Positions 25,355 through 35,344 of a DNA stretch of 64,000 bases are shown piece by piece; position 1 is the first letter of the stretch; every line of letters starts with the position of its first letter. Source of the stretch: a virus (Duplodnaviria > Caudoviricetes); the IMG/VR virus record IMGVR_UViG_2885593961_000002, positions 14,432-78,431 of that record. One strand, written 5' to 3'. The notes beneath the pieces were generated by a model. The model was not told the origin of the DNA and searched no databases. It was given only the letters and a program-made list of their open reading frames with translations. The position numbers and the translations under genes were made by a program.

Positions 25355-27874
25355 TCAAGCGGCGATGGGCTTCACGCCAGAAGGGGCCGTCGACGTACTC
25401 TGCGAACCCGACGATCCCACAAGTGTGAGGTTTTCGTACTGAATCTCCTGCCCACCCAGCTCCGTGTTTCTGATCGTAAGCTTGAATCCGAACTCGGTAG
25501 CCAATTCCCGCATCTTGGCTCTGAACTGCGTCGATCCAACAGGCTTGGCACTTCCCGGCCCTACGCAGAAGGACCAGTATGTCTGATAGAGCTTCGTTTC
25601 CACCACCGAGATGGGGGCTGAACTCCTCGACCCAGCGGATGCCTCCTGTTGGAGAGCGCCCATCCGCACCTTGCCACTCTCCGTGAGAAAAAACCGGACA
25701 CTGTTGTTGAGGTTGGCTACTTCCCGCATGGTCTGCTTATGCGAGTCGGGCAACGTGAACTCGTTGTGCGCCTTCAACCGGCTCATCGACTGCACGGCCC
25801 ACGCGACGATAGCTTCACGCTCTTCGACGACAATCACATCACCGAGGTCCAGGCGGCGCTCGGAGGCCTTCACGGGCCGGTTGAACTGAAGCACGAGCCA
25901 TCGACGGTTAAACCCCTCGGACGTATCTTCCGTGCGCGGGTAGTGATTCGAGGCGAACCAGTGCGTGCAGATCGGCCGGAATCGGAAGATCTGCCCTCCC
26001 TTCAGCTGCCCCGACATCTCCGCGCCATCGATAATGTCCTTGAAGCGCTGGCCATCAACCAGTTTCTTCTCGCTCAGCTCGCCCGCGACATTGATGATCT
26101 TCTCGAACATCTGAGTCGGCAGGAACTTGTCGGCCCACTCGTTCGGCGGCACCGCAGCGCGCGCGTTGTCGGGCACAAGCGATTGCGCGATCTTCAACAA
26201 CTGGCTCTTCCCGGACTTCGGCGCACCCTGGAGCAGCACAGCACGCTGGAAGCGCGGGCCGAGACCGAACAACGTGACGGCCAGCGCCTCTTGAATAGCG
26301 TCGAGCTTCTGCTGGTAGTCCTCGTCCTCACCCCAGCTCTTCTTCAGGAATTCGAAGAACATCGGGCAATTTCCCGAGATTTCCGGCAGGTAACGAAACG
26401 GCAACGTATAGATCATGCCGTAGCCGGGGTCGTGATTCAGCAGTTTCAGGTCTTCCGTGAGGAAGCCGTTCGCGAAGTTCACGCCGCGCACGTCGAGTGT
26501 GCGGATACCCTGCGGCAAGATGGTCTTCATCAGGTTGTGAATGCCACGGATGTCGTTGAACTTCTTGCACGCCGTCAGATGTCCATAGTCGGCCGAGATC
26601 TTCGACAGCACGTAGTTGTCGTCGAGCTTTTCCCAGTGCGAACCGGCCCACTTCCAGAGAAAGCCGTTGTGCGCGCGCACGGGAAACATCTGCTCAAGGT
26701 CCTTGATGACGGCCCGTGCTACTTCCGACTGGTCTTGACCCTTGATCTCACCCATACGCAGCTCTTTGATGCGCGCCTTGAGCGAAGAAAGCTTCAGACC
26801 CATGCCACCCGACGTCGAAATGAAGTCGAGAATGCGGTCCTCTTCGAGCTTGTTGAGGCTCGACGTCGTGGCCACCTTGTGCAACGCCTTGTCGATTGAC
26901 TGGCTGCGCTGCGGTGAATCCTTCGGAAACCGCTCGAATTCATCCAGGAGGAACTGCTTGAGGTCGTCGAAACCCCACTCTTCCTGCTCTTTCGTGAATT
27001 CAAGGCTGTACGCCTGCTTCTCTTCATCGGTCAGACCATCGTCCCAACCGCTCGGCAGCACCTTCTGCTTATCGTAGACGTCACGGTGCAGGAACTTGAT
27101 CATGTTCTTGACATGCTTGTCGACGTCGATCGGATCGCCGGCAACGTTCTCGACGAAATCAGCGGCGTACGCCTGAAGCATGCCAATCGCCTCCTTCAAC
27201 GACCGGTCGCCTCGCATAACTGCATACGCGAAAAGGCCAGCGCGCTCCGTCAGCGATGTGTCGCGAGAGCCGGCCGATGCAAAGTCGACCACGCGCGTCC
27301 AACCCGAGTGCGACAGCTCGACGCCAGCCTCCTGCAACGCAGCGCGTAGCATCGACTCGATCTGCTGGTCGAGCGCCGGCAACATGTGGACGACGTCAAC
27401 CAGATCGCAGTTCGCCTCGTACGGGCGCTTCGTGTCCGGGTGGATCGACGGCGGCAGTACGGATTGGGTACGAGCCGACAGCATTTCGCAGATCGTCTCG
27501 CCCGACGTGTTCTTGATACGGAACGTCTTCAGGCCAGTGTACTTGAAGGCCAGCATCATCCCCTTCTTACCGATACGACACCAAGGCGACGTTGGCAGCA
27601 AGCTCTGAATGATAGACGTCAGCCGCTGGTCGACCGTGTCGATGTCCATCATGACGATGCCCGACTGCGGGCCGAGCACGATGCCGATGTTTGACGTCGG
27701 ACACTGCTCAATCCACGCTTGCTGCTGCTCGGGCTCGACCGGATGATCGAAGTAGCGCGACCAATCGTTCGGGATCGGCTTCTTCTCTTCGGGGTACAGC
27801 GGGATAACAGGCAGGCCCTTTGCGTAGTACCTCGGTGCAGTCTGCGCGAAGATCGGTTGACGTTCAGTTCTCAT
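25355..27874 (-). CDS. bifunctional primase-polymerase fused to D5/P4-family SF3 helicase
   Basis: Prim-Pol GLPVIPL..EEKKP, SNIGIVLG, MDID; D5_N region; Walker A QGAPKSGKS; WFASNHYP; start trimmed to MRTERQ. Confidence 0.9.
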   Translation of the reverse strand: MRTERQPIFAQTAPRYYAKGLPVIPLYPEEKKPIPNDWSRYFDHPVEPEQQQAWIEQCPTSNIGIVLGPQSGIVMMDIDTVDQRLTSIIQSLLPTSPWCRIGKKGMMLAFKYTGLKTFRIKNTSGETICEMLSARTQSVLPPSIHPDTKRPYEANCDLVDVVHMLPALDQQIESMLRAALQEAGVELSHSGWTRVVDFASAGSRDTSLTERAGLFAYAVMRGDRSLKEAIGMLQAYAADFVENVAGDPIDVDKHVKNMIKFLHRDVYDKQKVLPSGWDDGLTDEEKQAYSLEFTKEQEEWGFDDLKQFLLDEFERFPKDSPQRSQSIDKALHKVATTSSLNKLEEDRILDFISTSGGMGLKLSSLKARIKELRMGEIKGQDQSEVARAVIKDLEQMFPVRAHNGFLWKWAGSHWEKLDDNYVLSKISADYGHLTACKKFNDIRGIHNLMKTILPQGIRTLDVRGVNFANGFLTEDLKLLNHDPGYGMIYTLPFRYLPEISGNCPMFFEFLKKSWGEDEDYQQKLDAIQEALAVTLFGLGPRFQRAVLLQGAPKSGKSQLLKIAQSLVPDNARAAVPPNEWADKFLPTQMFEKIINVAGELSEKKLVDGQRFKDIIDGAEMSGQLKGGQIFRFRPICTHWFASNHYPRTEDTSEGFNRRWLVLQFNRPVKASERRLDLGDVIVVEEREAIVAWAVQSMSRLKAHNEFTLPDSHKQTMREVANLNNSVRFFLTESGKVRMGALQQEASAGSRSSAPISVVETKLYQTYWSFCVGPGSAKPVGSTQFRAKMRELATEFGFKLTIRNTELGGQEIQYENLTLVGSSGSQSTSTAPSGVKPIAA

Positions 27875-28415
27875 TCGAAGACTCTTGTGTGGTGGTGGGC
27901 GTAGCGTCATCATCCGAACGACGAGTGGTGATTGCGCTGCGCAAGCGCTCCATGACCTCGGTACGCTGATCCGGCGACATGCACTCTTCCATGATGCTCA
28001 GTACCGTGTCCTGGAAGTCCCGGATCTGCTTGATCCCCAGTGCGCGCTCCCGAGCTGTCACCAAACGTTCGAGAAGACTGGTCGCCGTGCGGAAATAAGC
28101 CATGCGCTCCGTCTGGTCGGATTGAGGGATGGTCTTTCCGTAGTTCTTGAGGTCGGTGAAGACTCGATACAAGTCGATGTCGAGACTCGAATCGATCTGG
28201 TCTTCGGTGATCTCGAAATCCGCTATGTCAACCTTCTTCTGCTCAGGTTGAATCTGACGACGGATCAAGTTCGAGATCACTTTCTTGAATTCAGCACCGT
28301 AAGGGCATGCTTCATCGTCGAGGTAGGCCGCGTTCTCCGTGGCCAGGGTAAGGATCATCTTGATCGACCACTCCACGTGATCGGTGATGACCGGATAGTG
28401 AAAGTCGTTGCTCAT
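27864..28415 (-). CDS. putative terminase small subunit (inverted orientation)
   Basis: 183 aa, helical; C-terminal IRDFQDTVLSIMEECMSPDQRTEVMERLR resembles TerS tails; adjacent to terL. Confidence 0.4.
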   Translation of the reverse strand: MSNDFHYPVITDHVEWSIKMILTLATENAAYLDDEACPYGAEFKKVISNLIRRQIQPEQKKVDIADFEITEDQIDSSLDIDLYRVFTDLKNYGKTIPQSDQTERMAYFRTATSLLERLVTARERALGIKQIRDFQDTVLSIMEECMSPDQRTEVMERLRSAITTRRSDDDATPTTTQESSNEN

Positions 28416-28620
28416 AGGGTTCTCGCTGAAGAGGAGTGCAAGAATACCGGCCGGCCTCTCCGCGAAGAATGGAAATCACGACGTCTATCTGATAAATCCT
28501 CGCCTCTATCATCTGATGCCCATGGGAGGGACAACAACTGCCCCGTGCATCAGATTTTCTTTGTACTCCGATGACCGGCCGCGTAAAAATAGCGCCTGCT
28601 TAGATGGCCGAATCATCTCC

Positions 28621-30405
28621 ATGTCCAACCAGTATCTCCAACAGCTCTACGAACGCGCAGCGAACCGCTGGTCGAAAGACCGCGCGTCAATGACCTATGG
28701 CGACTGGATCTGCGAGAACACCACGCACAACGACAGAGCTTTCTCGTTCAAGCGTTATCCCTTCCAGAAGCAGATCGCGGACGACATGCACGACAACCTC
28801 GACTGCATTAAGCCGTCTCAGGTTGGCCTGACCGAAGTGCAGATCCGGAAGGTGCTCGCGTTCATTGCTCGCAACCGCGGTGTAAATGTCATCTACACGC
28901 TGCCCGACGAGGCCATGATGGAGCGGATCTCTGTCGGCCGCGTTCGCCCACTCGTCGACGAGGAGCACGCATTCAACCTCGAATCACTCGGCGGCAAGAA
29001 GCCGACGCGCACGAAGGAGATCATTCAAGTCGGCAAAAGCTTCCTCTACCTCACCGCTGCCGGCGAAGGTGCGGCGACGTCCATCTCCGCAGACATGGTC
29101 GTCAACGACGAAGTGGATTTGACTGATCAGTCGATGCTTGCCCTCTTCAACTCGCGACTTCAAGGCTCAGACTGGAAGCTGAATCACCGCTTTTCGACGC
29201 CAACCTTCCAGGACTACGGCATCGACCAGACGTTCAAGGTCAGCGACCAGCACGAGTACATGTTGAAGTGCGCCTGCTGCAACCACTGGCAGGTGCCCGA
29301 CTTCGAGCGCCCGTTCGTACGAATCCCTGGCCTTCCCGACAGTCTGGATTTCGAGGAGATCGAAGAGGCGATGATCGACGCCGGCACGATCGACCTCGAC
29401 GCCGTCTCCATCCACTGCGAGCATTGTGGCGCGCCGCTGAACCTTGGTGACCATGAGCGCCGCGCATGGGTGCCGAAGTACCCGCAGCGCAAGCATGCGC
29501 GCGGCTATCGCGTGCGCGCCTTCTCTACCGAACGCCTACCGCCGAAGTACATCCTGCGTCAGCTCTTCATCTACAAGCGCAAGGACTTCATCCGCGGCTG
29601 GTACAACACCGTGCTCGGTCGCTCCCACACGGGGGGCGACCAGCGCCTGAATGACGCGGACATCAACGCGGCGTTCACCGAGTTTCAACTGGTCCGCCCG
29701 TCGAACAATGCGATGCCGGCGTGGCTTGGCATAGACATTGGTCAGACCTGCCACATCGTCGTCGGCGAAGGCTATGACGTGTCTTCGATTCATGTGGTCG
29801 AGTTCCTAACCGTTCCTGTCGGCCGCTTGCTTGAGGAGATCGCGCGCATCCTGACGACCTACCGCCTCGTTGCCGGTGGCTGTGACCGTCACCCGTACAC
29901 GCCTACCGCTGAGGCAGTGCGCGACGCGTCCCATCGCCGCGTCCTGCCGAACGAGTACCGCGGCTCCAAGGAAATCAATCTCGTGAAGGACCCCGCCGGC
30001 GAGATCACACACATGCAATCCAACCGGACGCTCCTCCTCGACGAAGTGGCCCGAGCCATCCGGCTGCGCAAGATCAAGTTCTCCGGTTACGGGACGCACC
30101 GCTCGGCGATCGTTGAGCACCTGAAAGACATGGTTCGCAACGAAGAACCAGAGAAAGAAGCGGAATGGAAGAAGCTGAACGGTAACGATCACTTCTTCCA
30201 TGCCTTGGGCTTCATGTTGTCTGCCGTGAAGCTACACACCACCAACGCATCCGCCCTCTTCAACACGGAAACGCGCAGTGTCATCCAGATCGTCGGCGCG
30301 ACCGTGGGCATCAACGAGACCAGTCAACTCACGCTGGCCAATACCAAACACACCACTGGCAACTTGATCTATGGCAACGACCACCACCCGCAACTCTTCT
30401 TCTAA
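28621..30405 (+). CDS. terL: terminase large subunit, lambda gpA type
   Basis: KPSQVGLTE, VIYTLP, NDEVD, FSTPT, CACCNHWQ and CEHCGAP Zn motifs, GIDIG nuclease, NDHFFHA. Confidence 0.92.
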   Translation: MSNQYLQQLYERAANRWSKDRASMTYGDWICENTTHNDRAFSFKRYPFQKQIADDMHDNLDCIKPSQVGLTEVQIRKVLAFIARNRGVNVIYTLPDEAMMERISVGRVRPLVDEEHAFNLESLGGKKPTRTKEIIQVGKSFLYLTAAGEGAATSISADMVVNDEVDLTDQSMLALFNSRLQGSDWKLNHRFSTPTFQDYGIDQTFKVSDQHEYMLKCACCNHWQVPDFERPFVRIPGLPDSLDFEEIEEAMIDAGTIDLDAVSIHCEHCGAPLNLGDHERRAWVPKYPQRKHARGYRVRAFSTERLPPKYILRQLFIYKRKDFIRGWYNTVLGRSHTGGDQRLNDADINAAFTEFQLVRPSNNAMPAWLGIDIGQTCHIVVGEGYDVSSIHVVEFLTVPVGRLLEEIARILTTYRLVAGGCDRHPYTPTAEAVRDASHRRVLPNEYRGSKEINLVKDPAGEITHMQSNRTLLLDEVARAIRLRKIKFSGYGTHRSAIVEHLKDMVRNEEPEKEAEWKKLNGNDHFFHALGFMLSAVKLHTTNASALFNTETRSVIQIVGATVGINETSQLTLANTKHTTGNLIYGNDHHPQLFF

Positions 30406-31954
30406 GGGAATCGGCGGGGCGCTCGGCGCGGCGCTCTCCATTATCCTGCCGCGTCGTTCCGCGAAGGGCGGCATGTCGATGCCTGGCACTTATAACCCGA
30501 GCGCGCCAACTCAGCTGCTCACGATGCCGACGTATCGCGAGCATTTGACCGACATCTTCAGTTCGCGCACGGCGAACGACTCGCGCGCCCTGATCAAGAC
30601 CCTACTCGTCCAGGACCCGGACGTGTCGGCCGCAGCTAACGCGTACCTGACCGTGGCCAACACCGACCTGATGGCCGTCGTCTACGACGTGAACGGGATG
30701 ATCGACCGCGACGGACAGAAAATCCTCAACGCAGTGATGCAAGGTTACGAGGTCCGCAACGACTACTCTAAGGGCTTCGACTTCAGGCCGTCGTTCAAGG
30801 AGCTGGCCGAGAACTTCCGGTACATGATCCTCGCGGGCGGCTCGCTGCCATGCGAAATGGTGCTCGACAAGACCTTCGTGCCGACCGAATTCCGCATGCT
30901 CGACCCGAAGACCCTCTGGTGGATCGAACCTCAACCGGGCGTCTTCACGCCTGAGCAACGCACGTCGGCCGGCGACACCATCGACCTGACGATCCCGACG
31001 TTCTTCTGCAAATTCTTCCGGCGTGACCCGACGACGATCTACACCTACTCGCCGTTTGTGTCCGCCATCAACACAATCGCCGGCCGGCAACAGGTGATCA
31101 ACGACCTGTACCGGATCATGCAGTTGACCGGTTACCCTCGTCTCGAAGTGAAGGTGCTGGAAGACGTCATCACGCGCAATGCGCCGCTCGACACGAAAGC
31201 CAACCCCGTCAAGTTGCAGCAGTACGTCGCGAGCGTGATCAACGGGATCAGCGGTCAGATCGCGAACATTCGGCCGGATCAGGCGTTCGTCCATACGGAC
31301 TCGTCGGAGGTCAAGATGATCAATGACAAGGCACCGGGGATGGGCATCGACATCTCGTCGATCATCGAGACGCTGAACGCGCAGAACCAAGCTGGCCTGC
31401 GCACGATGGGGACGATTCTCGGCAGGGGCAACGCTGGCGTGAACACAGCCTCGGTCGAAGCGCGCCTCTTCAGCATGACGGCCGAAGAGATCAACCAGCC
31501 GATCGCTGACCTGTTCTCAGACATGTTGACGCTCGCGATTCGTCTGCAAGGCTCGCAGTCCCGCGTGGTATGCAAATTCCGCCCCGCCGAGATGCGCCCG
31601 CTTACCGAGCTGGAACCGCAGCTCACGATGCGCGCGTCGCGCCTGAAGGCTGACCTGTCGCTGGGCATCATCGACGACGACGAGTACCACCTTGAGATGT
31701 ACGGACGAATTCGACCCGACTCGGCTCCGATCCTCAGTGGCACGAACTTCATGCCGGGTACAAACGTCCAGGTCTTGACCGCTCAAGATAACCTTGACCA
31801 GCCGAACTCAGGTGGTTCTGGAGGAGACTCGGGAAAGACGAATGGCCCGCACGGCCCGGACGTCAGCAAGGTCAGCCCCAACTCCGACCCACTCGGCCGG
31901 TCGCTTTCCTCAAAAGGTTCGAAGTCCGCCGCGAGTAACGCGGTGAAGCCCTAA
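30371..31954 (+). CDS. portal protein
   Basis: 527 aa directly after terL and before the protease; helical composition. Confidence 0.8.
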   Translation: MATTTTRNSSSKGIGGALGAALSIILPRRSAKGGMSMPGTYNPSAPTQLLTMPTYREHLTDIFSSRTANDSRALIKTLLVQDPDVSAAANAYLTVANTDLMAVVYDVNGMIDRDGQKILNAVMQGYEVRNDYSKGFDFRPSFKELAENFRYMILAGGSLPCEMVLDKTFVPTEFRMLDPKTLWWIEPQPGVFTPEQRTSAGDTIDLTIPTFFCKFFRRDPTTIYTYSPFVSAINTIAGRQQVINDLYRIMQLTGYPRLEVKVLEDVITRNAPLDTKANPVKLQQYVASVINGISGQIANIRPDQAFVHTDSSEVKMINDKAPGMGIDISSIIETLNAQNQAGLRTMGTILGRGNAGVNTASVEARLFSMTAEEINQPIADLFSDMLTLAIRLQGSQSRVVCKFRPAEMRPLTELEPQLTMRASRLKADLSLGIIDDDEYHLEMYGRIRPDSAPILSGTNFMPGTNVQVLTAQDNLDQPNSGGSGGDSGKTNGPHGPDVSKVSPNSDPLGRSLSSKGSKSAASNAVKP

Positions 31955-31961
31955 AAACTCT

Positions 31962-31990
31962 TTGACTCTCATTTAGCTGGTCGAAATAAT
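31962..31990 (+). promoter_or_regulatory. late sigma70-like promoter
   Basis: TTGACT-17-AATAAT preceded by AAAAACTC. Confidence 0.6.
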
Positions 31991-32033
31991 ACGGGCTACA
32001 TTCACCGGGCAGCATGAAAAGCACCACACTGGC

Positions 32034-33161
32034 ATGGCTAAGAGCGTTCCGATCACACCGAGAATTCAGAATCTGATCACCCGCAACAACGGGGGTGATC
32101 AGGTCGACTTCAACGCGATCGTCGTATTCGAAGCCTCGGTCACTAACACGCGCCCGCTGACGAAGCCCGGTTCGATTTTCGACAAAGGCCAGATCCAGGT
32201 TGACACGCTCAACCAGATGGCCAGCTATCTGAATAGCGGCGGCTTTGTCCCCCTCCAGACCCTTCACCCGAACGGAGACGAACTCCCCCTCGGTCGATTC
32301 TTCTACGGCGAAGTCCTCCCGTCGACGCTCGGCGACGGATCGAGCGAACTGGTCTGCCTCTTTTACCTGCCGAAAGACGATCCGAATGTCGCGAAGCTCG
32401 ACAACGGGATCATCGACGAGGTCAGCGTAGGGTTTGTCGGCCAACAGCTGCTCTGTTCGAAGTGCAGTTGGGACTGGCGTGGCCCCGACGCCAGCTTCTC
32501 GAACTTCTACGACCGCGTGTGCGGCAATGATCACGTGCTCGGCGAAGACGGCGCGTATCTGAAGATCAACGGGCTGGATCGATGGACTGAAACGTCGCTC
32601 GTGTCGAAAGGCGCAGCGAACAACGCGAAGATTTTGGGCCGCACGAAGCAGCGGCTCGGCCAAGAGCAGTATGACCGCTTGGCAGCTTCGGGCGTCGCAC
32701 CCGAGCATTTGATGCTGATTGCCACCACCACCACATCCCCTCGGAGTACGACGAAGATGGATAAGGAACTGATCGAAGAGCTGGCCAACCTGAAGGCGGG
32801 CCAGAAGATTCACGAACACACGATTTCGCTGAAAGAAGCGGAAATCGCGGCGCTCAAGACGACCAACGAGGCGTTGAGCACCGAGAACAAGACGCTGAAG
32901 GAAGGTACGGAGCTGAAGGCAGCGCAAACCTCGCTGGCCGAGTCGCAAGCGAAGGTGACGGAGCTGGAAGCTTCGGCAAAGACTGCTGAAACCGAGGTCG
33001 CCGATCTGAAGGCGAAGCTCGCGACCGCAGAAGCGCAGGTTGAAGTCCTGAAAGCGGGTGCCGGCAACGGTGGCCGCTCGCAAGGGTCCGATACCGGCAC
33101 TGGTGCAACGAAGGGGACGACGCTTCACGCGTCGAGCGCGTTCAAGTCCGCGCCGCGTTAA
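32034..33161 (+). CDS. prohead protease-scaffold protein
   Basis: DEVSVGF and ETSLVSKGA protease motifs; C-terminal coiled coil. Confidence 0.8.
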   Translation: MAKSVPITPRIQNLITRNNGGDQVDFNAIVVFEASVTNTRPLTKPGSIFDKGQIQVDTLNQMASYLNSGGFVPLQTLHPNGDELPLGRFFYGEVLPSTLGDGSSELVCLFYLPKDDPNVAKLDNGIIDEVSVGFVGQQLLCSKCSWDWRGPDASFSNFYDRVCGNDHVLGEDGAYLKINGLDRWTETSLVSKGAANNAKILGRTKQRLGQEQYDRLAASGVAPEHLMLIATTTTSPRSTTKMDKELIEELANLKAGQKIHEHTISLKEAEIAALKTTNEALSTENKTLKEGTELKAAQTSLAESQAKVTELEASAKTAETEVADLKAKLATAEAQVEVLKAGAGNGGRSQGSDTGTGATKGTTLHASSAFKSAPR

Positions 33162-33188
33162 GCGAACCCGCAACACGAGAGGTAATTC

Positions 33189-33611
33189 ATGAGCAACGCT
33201 ATCGGTAACGGCGTCTCCCTTCGTGGTCTCTACGATGAGGATTCGCAGTATCCGTTCAACCTGGCCGCGGGCATCAAGAAAGGTCAGGACGAAGGCAAGG
33301 CAGTGTCGATCGACCCGACCGCGCCCAATACGGTGAAGCTGGCCGGCGACGGTGATCTGCTCGCCGGCCGACTCGAAACGATCGAAAACCGCGTGACCGA
33401 AGGCCTGAACGTCGGCACCGTCTCGCTGGAAGGTGGCCTCGACTTCCTGGTCAAAGCGGGCTACGCCGCGACGCCGGGTGACCGCCTCGTCGGCGGTGGC
33501 GGCGGCACGGTTCGCAAGGCCGACCCTGCGAAGGACGCATTCGGTGGTTACTCGCCGTGGTGCGTCGTCGAAGTGCTGGCCAGCGGCAACGTGGTCGCGA
33601 TCGAGCTGTAA
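33189..33611 (+). CDS. head decoration / cement protein
   Basis: 140 aa, Gly-rich beta-type sequence, between protease and capsid; GAGAGG RBS. Confidence 0.65.
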   Translation: MSNAIGNGVSLRGLYDEDSQYPFNLAAGIKKGQDEGKAVSIDPTAPNTVKLAGDGDLLAGRLETIENRVTEGLNVGTVSLEGGLDFLVKAGYAATPGDRLVGGGGGTVRKADPAKDAFGGYSPWCVVEVLASGNVVAIEL

Positions 33612-33736
33612 AGAATGGCGGCAGATGACCTCGCCCACCACCGGGTTCATCTGCTGGAAGAGCTGCAAAACCCTCGTCAATTCCGACCACCACCGGGCTG
33701 ACGAAGGTTCAAAAACAACTGACAACGGATCAAAAC

Positions 33737-34930
33737 ATGGCAGATCTGATCGACATCGAACGCCGCGCACCTGCGGAAGTTCTCGCCGGCCTCAAACCGG
33801 ACGACACCACCGACGTCCAGCGCTCGATCAACGCTGGCCAGCGCCTCGTGCGCCTCGCCGCAGACTCGGGCCTCAACCTGCGTGACTATCTCACGCTCGC
33901 GATCGACCCGCGCCGTGCCGACGACGCAGGCCGCTACGATGGCCTGAACGGCTACGAAGCTGCGCTCGCCTACCTCAACCTGCCCGTCCGCCAGGATCTC
34001 TCGCAAGGCGTCCTGCTGCAAGCTGCATCGGAAACGTTCCAGACGTATCCGGGCACCCGCGCGATGTTCCCGGAAGTCATGGACGACATCCTGCGCTGGA
34101 AGAACCGCCAGGACCAGATCGAACAGGTCGCTCCGCTCGTCGCGCAGTCGCGCACGATCAACGGCACCGAGATGATCTCGACGTTCGTCGAAGACGACTC
34201 GAACGAGCGCACGACGCATACGATCCCGGAACTGGGCCGCATCCCGGTTCGCACGATCCGCACGTCGCAGCAGACGGTCGGCATCTTCAAGCACGGCTCG
34301 GGCTATCGTACCTCGTACGAATTCAACCGCCGTGCTTCGCTCGACATCATGACGCCGTTTGCAGCGCGCGTCGGCCGCGAGCTGGAGATCTCGAAGGTGC
34401 GCGCCGCGACGGCCATCCTGATCAACGGCGACGGCGTCAATGGTGCAGCTGGCGTGGTCAAGGTATCGGACTTCGGCGGCGATGCCACCAAGGCATTCTC
34501 GTCGAACTACAAGGCGCTCGCGAAGTGGCTCATGGCCCGCGCGAAGGCTGGCTACCCGATCGACACGATTATCGGCAACTACGACATGTTCGTAGAGCTG
34601 CTGTTCATGTTCCAGCCGGTGACGGGCATCTCGGGCGCGCATGCGACCGATATCGAAGCGCTGGTTGCGCAAGGTACGCCGAAGATCAACACCCAGGTCC
34701 CGATCCTCAACCAGTCGGTGAACTTCCACCTGTCGTCGGCGGTGCCGGAAGGAAAGCTGGTCGGCTTCACGAAGGCTGAAACGCTGGAAGAGCTGATCGA
34801 AGCCGGCTCGAACATCTCGGAAAACGAGCGTTCGATCCTGAACCAGTCGATCACCTACGTGCGTACGGAAAACACCGGCTACAAGCTGGCGTTCCCGGAC
34901 ACGCGCCAAGTCCTCGACGTGACCGCGTAA
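33737..34930 (+). CDS. major capsid protein (HK97 fold expected)
   Basis: 397 aa in canonical position, strongly biased codons, followed by a terminator. Confidence 0.88.
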   Translation: MADLIDIERRAPAEVLAGLKPDDTTDVQRSINAGQRLVRLAADSGLNLRDYLTLAIDPRRADDAGRYDGLNGYEAALAYLNLPVRQDLSQGVLLQAASETFQTYPGTRAMFPEVMDDILRWKNRQDQIEQVAPLVAQSRTINGTEMISTFVEDDSNERTTHTIPELGRIPVRTIRTSQQTVGIFKHGSGYRTSYEFNRRASLDIMTPFAARVGRELEISKVRAATAILINGDGVNGAAGVVKVSDFGGDATKAFSSNYKALAKWLMARAKAGYPIDTIIGNYDMFVELLFMFQPVTGISGAHATDIEALVAQGTPKINTQVPILNQSVNFHLSSAVPEGKLVGFTKAETLEELIEAGSNISENERSILNQSITYVRTENTGYKLAFPDTRQVLDVTA

Positions 34931-34948
34931 ACCTCCGGTCGAGAGCCT

Positions 34949-34980
34949 GAAAGCCCGCCCCTCTCGGGCGGGCTTTTTTA
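34949..34980 (+). terminator. intrinsic terminator
   Basis: AAAGCCCGCCC-CTCTC-GGGCGGGCTTTTTT. Confidence 0.9.
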
Positions 34981-34997
34981 TGTCCTTTTATGGATAG

Positions 34998-35333
34998 ATG
35001 ATGAAGATGAAGAAGATCCTCGCACACACCACTGGCAAGTTCATGTTGCTCGACGGCATGAGCGGCGACGAGCTGGACGCTTTCCGCCCCTCGGTCGTTC
35101 GTCAAACCCCGTTCATCAACACTCGTGTCGGTCTGAATCAGGTTGAGATCGTCGCGGAGTTGAAGCCCGACGCCACGGACGCCGAATACGTCCGCTTCTT
35201 GAAGGAAGCAGATGGCGACTTCGACGTGGCCAACGAGTCGTTCCTCGCTCGATATGGCATCGACGCCGAGCCGACCGAGGCCGGTGAAGATGCCGAAGCC
35301 GCCCCGGCAACGTCCCGCCGTCGCCGCTCGTAA
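34998..35333 (+). CDS. hypothetical head-associated protein
   Basis: Follows the capsid gene; acidic and Arg-rich tail. Confidence 0.65.
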   Translation: MMKMKKILAHTTGKFMLLDGMSGDELDAFRPSVVRQTPFINTRVGLNQVEIVAELKPDATDAEYVRFLKEADGDFDVANESFLARYGIDAEPTEAGEDAEAAPATSRRRRS

Positions 35334-35344
35334 GGAGACGCGCC

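Noticed and set aside
25649-26899. 416-aa plus-strand ORF inside the primase-helicase gene
   Set aside because: Antisense shadow; the same applies to the many overlapping plus-strand ORFs across 0-24 kb and to 53754-54908.
31872-33770. 632-aa minus-strand ORF opposite the head genes
   Set aside because: Antisense shadow of the protease and decoration genes; no RBS or motifs recognised.
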